The position numbers and the translations under genes are program-made. Positions 1 through 7,800 of a DNA stretch of 13,092 nt are shown here, in pieces. The stretch is from Fusobacteriota bacterium (GTDB lineage Bacteria > Fusobacteriota > Fusobacteriia > Fusobacteriales > JBNJFI01): positions 1 to 13,092 of the forward strand of contig JBNJFI010000047.1 of assembly GCA_051746725.1 (NCBI GenBank). Reading direction: 5' to 3'. The notes beneath the pieces were generated by a model. The model saw only the letters and a program-made list of their open reading frames with translations, did not search any database and was not told the origin of the DNA. Position 1 is the stretch's first letter; each line of letters begins with the position of its first letter.

Positions 1-2
1 AA

Positions 3-89
3 CGTTTAAAAATGAAAGAACTAGTAAAGGAATTTCAAATGGAAAATCGTCATATAAGGCAAGTAGCTAAAAGTAGTTTGGGGATTTAA
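3..89 (+). CDS. 3' end of an upstream gene (partial, product unknown)
   Basis: Frame 3 is open from the window edge and reads RLKMKELVKEFQMENRHIRQVAKSSLGI, ending at TAA 87-89; the sequence is charged and helix-like. Frame 2 is also open to 70, so the frame is not certain. Confidence 0.45.
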   Translation, partial: RLKMKELVKEFQMENRHIRQVAKSSLGI

Positions 90-197
90 GAGCAGAGAAA
101 AGAGATAATAGAGAAGAAAGAAAAGAGAAAAAAGAAAAGAAATGATAGAACAGGTATAAGATAAAAAGAGAAAGTGAAAAATATTGAGGAGAAAAAA

Positions 198-1079
198 ATG
201 AAAAAGAGTTTAGGTATTTTAGTATTTTTGTTGTTATCAGGGGTAATTTATGGTACAGAATATCCTTTAAATATAACGGATTCATATAATCGAAATGTTA
301 CAATAGAAAAAGAACCAGATAAAATTATTTCTATTGCTCCAAATATAACAGAAATTTTATTTGAATTGGGGTTAGAAGAAAAAATAGTAGGAATAAGTAA
401 TTATGATAATTACCCAAAAAAAACTGAAGATGTCAAAAAAGTAGGAGGATTATTAGATCCAAATCTAGAAACTATATTAGATTTAGATCCTGATGTAATA
501 TTGGTATCTACTCACTTTAATAAAAAGATGGTGGAAAAGCTGGAAAGATTAGACAAAAAAGTTATTGCAATTTATGGAGGGAAAAAATTTAATGGATTAT
601 ATGAAACAATAAAAAGAGTATCAAAGGTAACTAATACTCAAAATTCAGGAGAAAAATTAATCACTAAATTAAAAAGTGAAGTAAAAAATATTAAAATCGA
701 AAATAAGGATAAAAAGAAATTATCGGTATATTATGTTATATCATTTGGTCGCTATGGTGAATATACAGCAGGAGGGAATACATATATAAACGAAATGATT
801 GAAATTGCAGGGGGAAAAAATATTGCCAAAGATTTAAAAGGCTGGAAATATAATATGGAGAGTATAATTAAAGGCGATCCTTATATTATAATATGCTCAA
901 ATAAAGATGGAGTAAAGGAAAATTTAATGAAAAGTTCGGGATATAAGGAGTTAGAAGCAGTTAAGAAGGACAGAGTGTATACAATAAATCAAGATCTAAT
1001 AGATATTCAAGGGCCTAGATTGATAAAGGGGATTAAACAGTTAAGTAATATTATTAATACAGAAAGAGCATTAAAATAA
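198..1079 (+). CDS. btuF: Periplasmic substrate-binding protein of a cobalamin/iron-chelate ABC transporter (BtuF/YvrC-like)
   Basis: Motifs YPLNITD..VTIEKEP.KIISIAPNITEILFELG, GISNYDNYP, PNLETILDLDPDVIL and GPRL match the BtuF/Peripla_BP_2 family. Start moved from GTG 174 to ATG 198 because SD GAGGAG lies at 186-191 and MKKSLGILVFLLLSGVIYG reads as a Sec signal peptide without a lipobox Cys. Confidence 0.85.
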   Translation: MKKSLGILVFLLLSGVIYGTEYPLNITDSYNRNVTIEKEPDKIISIAPNITEILFELGLEEKIVGISNYDNYPKKTEDVKKVGGLLDPNLETILDLDPDVILVSTHFNKKMVEKLERLDKKVIAIYGGKKFNGLYETIKRVSKVTNTQNSGEKLITKLKSEVKNIKIENKDKKKLSVYYVISFGRYGEYTAGGNTYINEMIEIAGGKNIAKDLKGWKYNMESIIKGDPYIIICSNKDGVKENLMKSSGYKELEAVKKDRVYTINQDLIDIQGPRLIKGIKQLSNIINTERALK

Positions 1080-1103
1080 TAAATTTTGGATAAGGTGAAA
1101 TAA

Positions 1104-2141
1104 ATGGTTAATCAAAAAAGGAATCAGAAATATAAAATATTATTTATAATATCGATTATTATATCTTTAATAACGATAATTTTTTCAGTTACAATTGGAA
1201 CAGTTAAAATCCCCTTTTTTGATGCAATTAAAATTATATTAAACAAAACATTAAATATAGATTTTGATATAAATAAAACTTATGGTGTTATTTTATATAA
1301 ATTAAGATTGCCTAGAACTATATTATCTGGAATTATAGGAATAGGTTTAGCCACAATAGGAGCTGTGTATCAAAGTGTATTTAAAAACCCAATGGCAGAC
1401 CCCTATGTGCTAGGGATATCCTCAGGAGCAGCCCTTGGAGCGACTCTGGGAATGGTTTTCTTTTCAGTGTTCCAATATAGTTTTACAGTTATTAGTATTT
1501 TTGCCTTTTTTGGAGCTTTTTTGACATTAATTTTAGTTTATCAAATAGCAAAGGTTAAAAATATTTTGCCAGTTGTGACTCTTTTATTATCTGGGATATC
1601 TGTAAATTTATTTTTTTCCTCTTTAATCTCATTTGTTATGATACTAAAGAGAAAACAGATGGGAGAGATATTTTTTTGGATAATGGGAAGTGTTAATTCT
1701 GCAACCTGGAGAGATATTATAGTTTTAACTCCAGTTATATTTATTGGTTCAGGGATATTATATTTTTTCTTTAGAGAATTAAATATAATATTAACTGGTG
1801 AAGAGACAGCAAAAACTTTAGGAATAGATGTAGAAAAAACAAAAAAGATAATACTAGTTGTATCTTCAATTATGATAGCATTTATAGTTGCAAGTAGTGG
1901 AATAATTCCATTTGTAGGACTTATAGTACCACACATAGTAAGGTTATTAATAGGCTCAAATAATAGGTATCTAATACCATTATCCGGAATTTTTGGTGCA
2001 ATATTTTTAATGCTTTCTGATATAATAGCAAGGGTACTTATATCACCTTCTGAACTTCCAATCGGAATTATAACAGCTTTAGTGGGAACACCTTATTTTA
2101 TTTGGTTATTATATAAAACTAAAGAAGAGGTGTTTATATAA
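1104..2141 (+). CDS. btuC: FecCD/BtuC-family ABC transporter permease
   Basis: Hydrophobic protein with LRLPR, QSVFKNPMADPYVLGISSGA, GEETAKTLG, FVGLIVPHIVR and ELPIGIITALVGTPYF motifs; SD AAGGTG upstream. Confidence 0.92.
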   Translation: MVNQKRNQKYKILFIISIIISLITIIFSVTIGTVKIPFFDAIKIILNKTLNIDFDINKTYGVILYKLRLPRTILSGIIGIGLATIGAVYQSVFKNPMADPYVLGISSGAALGATLGMVFFSVFQYSFTVISIFAFFGAFLTLILVYQIAKVKNILPVVTLLLSGISVNLFFSSLISFVMILKRKQMGEIFFWIMGSVNSATWRDIIVLTPVIFIGSGILYFFFRELNIILTGEETAKTLGIDVEKTKKIILVVSSIMIAFIVASSGIIPFVGLIVPHIVRLLIGSNNRYLIPLSGIFGAIFLMLSDIIARVLISPSELPIGIITALVGTPYFIWLLYKTKEEVFI

Positions 2142-2929
2142 TGTCTGAAATAAAAATTAAAAATTTAGATTTTGCGTACAAAAAAGAGAAAGTATTAAAA
2201 AATATTAATTTAAGTATAAAAAATGGAGAAATAACAAGTATAATAGGACCAAATGGATCTGGAAAAACAACTCTTTTAAAATTAATGCTGGATCTTTTAA
2301 CTTTTAAAAGAGGGGATATAAAGATATCTGATAAAAGTATAAAAAAATATTCAAAAAAGGAATTATCTCAAAAAATATCATATGTATCGCAACAGGTAAA
2401 TTTTAATTTTGATTTTACAGTATATGATATCGTTATGATGGGAAGATATCCCTATGTTAGCAGATTTTCCAAAGAAACAAATAGAGATAAAAAAATCGTA
2501 AAAGAAGCAATGGAGACAACTTATACATGGAAATTTCGACAAAAAAGTATTAACGAGCTAAGTGGGGGAGAGTTACAAAGAGTTATTATAGCAAGATCTA
2601 TAGTACAAAATTCTGAAATCATGATGTTAGATGAACCAATTTCTCATTTAGATATACATCATCAGATGGAAATAATGGATACTTTAAAAAAAATAAATGC
2701 AAAAAAGAATACCACAGTAATAACAGTATTACACAATATAAATTTGGCAGTCCAATATAGTGATAAAATAATATTATTAGATAAAGGAAAAATAATTGCA
2801 AATGGAGATCCTAGAGAAGTTATTAGTTATGAGAATATCAAAAAAGTTTATAAAATGAATTTTATGATTATAGATCATCCTAAAAATGGACTACCTTATA
2901 TTATTCCAGTTAAAGAGGAATACACATAA
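2141..2929 (+). CDS. ATP-binding subunit of a cobalamin/iron-chelate ABC transporter (FepC/BtuD-like)
   Basis: Walker A GPNGSGKT, VMMGRYP, signature LSGGE, Walker B MMLDEP, SHLDIHHQ and H-loop VLH; TAATG stop/start overlap with the permease. Confidence 0.92.
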   Translation: MSEIKIKNLDFAYKKEKVLKNINLSIKNGEITSIIGPNGSGKTTLLKLMLDLLTFKRGDIKISDKSIKKYSKKELSQKISYVSQQVNFNFDFTVYDIVMMGRYPYVSRFSKETNRDKKIVKEAMETTYTWKFRQKSINELSGGELQRVIIARSIVQNSEIMMLDEPISHLDIHHQMEIMDTLKKINAKKNTTVITVLHNINLAVQYSDKIILLDKGKIIANGDPREVISYENIKKVYKMNFMIIDHPKNGLPYIIPVKEEYT

Positions 2930-3054
2930 TTTTGTGGAAAACCACGTGGATAAGTAGATAAAATGTGCAAAACTAGAAATATTTCTTAGAAAAAAGCTCC
3001 AAAAAGTGGATAATCTAGTGTATAACTGTAAAAAAACATGAATTTTGTGGAAAA
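2928..3054 (-). promoter_or_regulatory. Cluster of co-oriented DnaA-box-like 9-mers
   Basis: + strand matches to TGTGGATAA (reverse complement of TTATCCACA): TGTGGAAAA 2933-2941, CGTGGATAA 2945-2953, AGTAGATAA 2953-2961, TGTGCAAAA 2964-2972, AGTGGATAA 3005-3013, AGTGTATAA 3017-3025 and TGTGGAAAA 3046-3054, each with 1-2 mismatches. Confidence 0.7.
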
Positions 3055-3078
3055 ATTTATAAAACAGAGGTGAAAAAA

Positions 3079-3702
3079 ATGATAGAATTGAAAAATATAA
3101 ACATAAAATATCAAGACAAACAGGTGCTTAATAATTTTAATATGAAAATCAAAAAAGGGGAAAAGATACTTTTAAAAGGACCTTCTGGAACTGGTAAAAG
3201 TACTATTTTGAAGGTAATTTTGGGATTTAAAGAACCCGATAGTGGAAAAGTCTTTTATGATAACGTATTGGTAGATGATGAAAACATTTGGGAAATACGA
3301 GAAAAATTGAGTTATATAAGTCAAGGAGTAGATTTTCCCAATATGAATGTTTTGGAAATAATAAAAGAAATTTTTAATTATAAAGTAAATAAAAATATAG
3401 ATTTAAATAAACAGAATTTATATACAGAGTTAGAAAAATATAAATTAGAGCGAACAATTTTACAAAAAAATATTAAAAATTTATCTGGAGGAGAAAGACA
3501 GAGAATGGCCATTATTATCTCTAGGTTGTTGGACAAAAAAGTATATTTATTAGATGAAATAACATCTGCTTTGGATCCAGAATTAAAGGAGATAGTAGCG
3601 GATAATATAATAAAATCATGTAAAACAATTATAGCAATATCACATGATGATGTTTTTCAAAAAAGGGACGAATTTAGAATAATAAATTTGGAGAGGAGTT
3701 AA
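3079..3702 (+). CDS. fetA: ABC transporter ATP-binding protein, FetA/YbbL-like
   Basis: Short ABC ATPase with GPSGTGKS, Q-loop ISQ, LSGGE, YLLDEITSALD and ISHD, directly upstream of a FetB-type permease. ATG 3079 is preferred over GTG 3070 because SD GAGGTG lies at 3067-3072. Confidence 0.8.
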   Translation: MIELKNINIKYQDKQVLNNFNMKIKKGEKILLKGPSGTGKSTILKVILGFKEPDSGKVFYDNVLVDDENIWEIREKLSYISQGVDFPNMNVLEIIKEIFNYKVNKNIDLNKQNLYTELEKYKLERTILQKNIKNLSGGERQRMAIIISRLLDKKVYLLDEITSALDPELKEIVADNIIKSCKTIIAISHDDVFQKRDEFRIINLERS

Positions 3703-3703
3703 T

Positions 3704-4489
3704 ATGGGAGCTCAAGAAATTTCATGGATTTCTTTAATTTTTTCTCTATTTCTTTTAATTATTCCAGTGATATTAAGTAAAGTATATAAATTAAATATAA
3801 TAAAGGAAACCTTTATATCTGTGGCGAGAATGTTTTTACAGTTATCGTTGGTAGGAATATTTTTAGAAGTTGTATTTGATATGAATAACCCATTTTTGAA
3901 TATCCTATGGCTTATAACAATGGTTGCAGTAGCATCTTCTTCAGTAATATCTAAAAGTAATTTAAAATTTAAAATATTTTTTATACCAGTATTTGGATCT
4001 ATAATTATTACTTTAATATTTATGCTGAGCTATTTTAACTTGGTTATAATAAAAGTCGAAAACCTCTTAGAGGCAAAATATATAATATCCATAGGTGGGA
4101 TGCTACTTGGTAATTTTTTAAAAGGAAATATAATTGGAATGAATAATTTTTATAAAGCCATTCAGGAAAACGAAGAAAAATATTTATTTTCTTTGGGATT
4201 AGGAGCAAGTAGAGATGAAGCTATTAAACCTTTTATAAGAGATGCACTAATTGCTTCGATAAATCCTACTTTAGTTTCTATAGCTACAATTGGGTTAGTT
4301 GCATTACCTGGAATGATGACAGGGCAAATATTAGGAGGGTCTTCTCCTCTGTTAGCTATAAAATATCAGATAGCCATTATGATAGCTATATATGTAACTA
4401 GAATAACAAGTGTTTATCTAGTTTTAAAATTTACAATAAATCGTAGCTTTAATGAATATGGAGTACTAAAAAATAAAATATGGAGATGA
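3704..4489 (+). CDS. fetB: UPF0014/FetB (YbbM)-family ABC permease, putative iron export
   Basis: Family motifs RMFLQLSLVG, GGMLLGN, LGLGAS..EA and GLVALPGMMTGQILGGSSPLLAIKYQI; starts 1 nt after the ATPase stop. Confidence 0.88.
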   Translation: MGAQEISWISLIFSLFLLIIPVILSKVYKLNIIKETFISVARMFLQLSLVGIFLEVVFDMNNPFLNILWLITMVAVASSSVISKSNLKFKIFFIPVFGSIIITLIFMLSYFNLVIIKVENLLEAKYIISIGGMLLGNFLKGNIIGMNNFYKAIQENEEKYLFSLGLGASRDEAIKPFIRDALIASINPTLVSIATIGLVALPGMMTGQILGGSSPLLAIKYQIAIMIAIYVTRITSVYLVLKFTINRSFNEYGVLKNKIWR

Positions 4490-4492
4490 AAT

Positions 4493-4536
4493 AAGTGCGC
4501 TTTTGTGTATTCAAAGGCGTACTTTTATTTATGTTT
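4493..4536 (+). terminator. Intrinsic terminator after fetB
   Basis: 13-bp stem AAGTGCGCTTTTG (4493-4505) / CAAAGGCGTACTT (4512-4524) with two G-U pairs and a 6-nt loop, followed by TTATTTATGTTT. Confidence 0.75.
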
Positions 4537-4589
4537 AGGAATTTTTGTATAATTTTAGTTATTATTATAAATAAAAATATAAAATAAAT

Positions 4590-4618
4590 TTGATTATAAA
4601 GAAAAAAGATAGTAAAAT
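4590..4618 (+). promoter_or_regulatory. Putative sigma70-type promoter upstream of the leader and histidine kinase
   Basis: TTGATT (4590-4595), 17-nt spacer, TAAAAT (4613-4618), preceded by a nearly pure A/T UP-like tract. Confidence 0.6.
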
Positions 4619-4624
4619 ATATTT

Positions 4625-4842
4625 GTGTATGTAAATATACGTACAGTTTAGAAATGAAATCATGGTAATCACAAGGCATTACCCCTACAAAAAACATAAT
4701 TATGTCGATTTTCTGTATTACGACACAGCCTGTCTTACGAGGGATAAGGATATAAGTTTTCTGTAAGGGCAAGCGTTGGAAGTATATAAAATGGAGGGAA
4801 GCCATAATTGTGAGATCTCATAAATCAGATTAAGGAGGAATT
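4625..4842 (+). ncRNA. Candidate structured RNA (long 5' leader or independent small RNA), family not recognised
   Basis: By hand count, 61/160 G+C (38%) at 4661-4820 versus 9/90 (10%) at 4531-4620; several complementary segments; lies between a predicted promoter and SD AAGGAGG at 4832-4838. Confidence 0.5.
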
Positions 4843-7800
4843 ATGAAGAAAATATTATTTTTTCTAATATTAAGCATTCTAGTTTTAGGTGAATCAAAAC
4901 ATGATATAAATGACATAAAATTCTTAAATTACTCAGTTAAAGATGGGTTATCTCAATCAACAGTTAGAACAATAGTTCAGGGCAAAAAAGGGTATCTTTG
5001 GATAGGGACCTCTGGAGGTTTGAATCGATATGATGGTGAAAATTTTGAAGCCTATTATCATCAGAGAAAGAATGAAAACAGTCTATATGATTCGCTCATC
5101 AGAAAATTACATGTGGATAAAAATGGGAATCTTTGGGTTGGAACTAGAAAAGGATTAAACAAGTATAATTATTCTAAGAATAACTTTGATAGAATATCAG
5201 AAATAAGCATCCGAGATATTTATGAAGATAATTTGGATAATATATGGATAGGGGCAGATAGTGGATTATATAAATTAGAAAACAAAAAGTTATTTAAAAT
5301 TAAAGAGTTAGATAAAACAGAAGTTTACTCAATTGCTAGAAAATCAGATAAATTATATTTAGGAACAGAAAATGGAGTATTGAGTTATGATTTAAATAGC
5401 AAAAAAGAAAATAAGAGATATGAAAATATCAAAACGAGAGTAAATGCGATTTATATAGATACCAAAGGGAATATGTGGATAGGAAGTCAAAAAAGGTGGT
5501 TTAAGCATGATAATTTTGGAAATTTCTTATTTAAAGGAGATGCCCAAGACACAGAAATATTTAGTTTTACAGAAGACAGTAAAGGTATTATGTGGATAGG
5601 GACTGGTTTTGGATTGATAAAACACACTGGTAAATCCAGAAATTATTTTAGATATCAAAATATAGAGAGTGATCCTTATAGTTTATCAAATGATAGGATA
5701 AGTTGTGTATATGAGGATCGCGATAAAAATTTATGGGTTGGAAATTTAAGAACGGGCGGTTTAGATAAGATTACAAAATTTAAATACAATAGGCCTACTT
5801 CTGGAATTAATAAGATGAGCAAGGGAAATATATGGGCTGTACACGATACTGGAAATAAGATATGGATTGGGACATCTAATGGAATTAGTATATATTTAAA
5901 AGATAAAAATAGATACACAAATATTTTAAAAGACAAAAGTATATGGTCTTTTGAAGTTGTCGGTCCTTATATTTGGGTTGGAACATGGGGAGATGGACTA
6001 TATAGAGTGAATCGCAAAACATATGATTTAAAAAATTATAATTATGAAGGATATACTAATAAGATTACGACGATTAAAAAGATTGATAATTTTTTATGGT
6101 TAGGAACCTATGGAGACGGATTATGGAGATTTAATTTAAAAAATCAAGATCTTCAAATATATAGTAAAGAAAATGGGATTCATAAAATTCACGATGATTA
6201 TATATGGGATATTGAATTAGGAGAAGATAATCATATTTGGGTTGGATCTGAAGACAATGGATTTTCTAAATTTAATTATAAAACTGGAAATATGGAGATA
6301 TATAATTCCGAAAATTCTAATCTTTCAAAAAACTCAGCATGGGTTGTAAAAAAGATAGAAGATAAAGTGTGGGTTGGAACATGGGGCGGCGGATTAAATA
6401 TACTGGATTTAAAAACCCAGAAGATTAAAATTATAGATACAGAAAATGGCCTAGTGGATAATACTATATATGGAATTTTAAAAAAAGACAATAATTTATG
6501 GTTAAGTACAAATAGAGGTCTAGTTAAACTAGATATGAAGACATATAATATGTTTAATTATGATATGAATGATGGTTTGCAAAATAACGAATTTAATATA
6601 GGAGCGTGTTTTAAAAATAACGAAAACATCCTATATTTTGGTGGTATATCAGGTTTAACGGCTTTTAAAGAGGAAGATGTATTGTGGAATAAAAATTTTA
6701 AAATAGAATTAAAAGAGTTTTCTGTTTTTAATGAACCTAGAGAAATAAAAAATGAATTTGAACTAAATTATGATGAAAATTATTTTGTTTTGGATTTTAA
6801 TATGGTGAATTTTAATAATCCCAGAACTAACCGATATAAATATAAATTAAAAGGATTTGATGATAAATGGAGAGAGTCTGATATTTCAAGGGTGTCTTAT
6901 ACAAAGGTCCCTCCAGGGGAATATACTCTTTCTGTTTATGGTGGAAATATTTATGGACAGTGGGGGGATAAAAGTACTGATTATTCTATAAAAATTAATC
7001 CACCAATATGGAGAAGTAAATTAGCCTATGCTATATATGTAGTTTTGTTACTAGCTTTAATTTATCTCATTATATACCTGAGAACAAGATATAAGATAAA
7101 AGAATATATGGCAAAAAAGATGGAAGAAGAAAAGAAAGCGGCTCAGAAATTAGCAGAAGCAAAAGGAGTATTTTTAGCTAATATGAGCCATGAAATAAGA
7201 ACTCCTATGAATGGAATTATAGGGTGCTTGGATATTTTAAGTGATACTAAATTAACAGATTTTCAAAAGAAATATGTAAGTATGTTGAAGCATTCTGCTT
7301 CTGCTCTTTCACGTATAATAAATGAAGTTTTAGAATATTCTAAATTGGAAAAAGAGGATTACAATTTAGAGTATACCTTTTTTGATATAAAACAACTGAG
7401 TGAAGAAGTCTTTATGATGTTTGAGAAATTATCTAAAGATAAAGGTATTAAGCTAAATTTGGATATTGATGATGATATGCCAAAGATGATAAAGGGAGAT
7501 GATGTTCGAACTAGACAGATCTTAAATAATTTATGTTCTAATTCAATTAAATTTACCGATAAGGGATATGTAAATATTAAAGTAAGTATAAAAGATAAAA
7601 AAAGTTCTCCAAAATTACAAATAATAGTAAAGGACACTGGAATAGGCATGGATAAAGAGGCTTTAGAAAGATTATTTAATAGATATGATCAATTGGATAA
7701 TTCCATATATAAAAAATACGGTGGAACTGGTTTAGGACTTTCCATCACTCAAAAACTTATAGAAAAGATGGATGGAACTATAGATGTAGAGAGCAAAAAA

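Noticed and set aside
110..142. Polypurine mirror repeat with H-DNA potential
   Set aside because: The arms are only about 10 nt, and a Lys/Glu/Arg-rich coding tail explains it more simply.
67..285. Minus-strand 72-aa ORF
   Set aside because: Low-complexity F/S/L sequence that mirrors the purine-rich + strand and overlaps the btuF start.
2928..3054. 14-bp direct repeats read as a target-site duplication or mini-CRISPR
   Set aside because: No terminal inverted repeats, transposase, cas genes or regular spacers; the repeats coincide with DnaA-box-like motifs.
4662..4766. 34-aa Tyr-rich + strand ORF (MVITRHYPYKKHNYVDFLYYDTACLTRDKDISFL) as a leader peptide
   Set aside because: No SD, many C-ending codons atypical of this genome, and no attenuator terminator downstream. 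It cannot be fully excluded without ribosome profiling.
4761..4803. Fragments resembling known riboswitches (AAGCGTTGGAAG as in c-di-AMP 3' ends; CTGTAA and GGGAAG as in cobalamin)
   Set aside because: The remaining conserved cores of those families are absent or out of order.
4449..4805. Minus-strand 118-aa ORF across the intergenic region
   Set aside because: It runs through the terminator, the AT tract and the fetB end, has no SD or motif, and its composition follows the AT tract.
4809..4822. CRP site, suggested by the nearby adenylate cyclase
   Set aside because: Half-site spacing is TGTGA-N4-TCATA, whereas CRP needs N6.
5112..5120. Perfect DnaA box TGTGGATAA, plus near matches, inside the kinase gene
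   Set aside because: Isolated and explained by coding (H-V-D-K, M-W-I-G repeats); not clustered.
5974..6386. 17-nt exact repeat TGGGTTGGAACATGGGG (5974-5990 and 6370-6386)
   Set aside because: It encodes the WVGTWG propeller-blade motif twice; not a CRISPR or mobile-element repeat.
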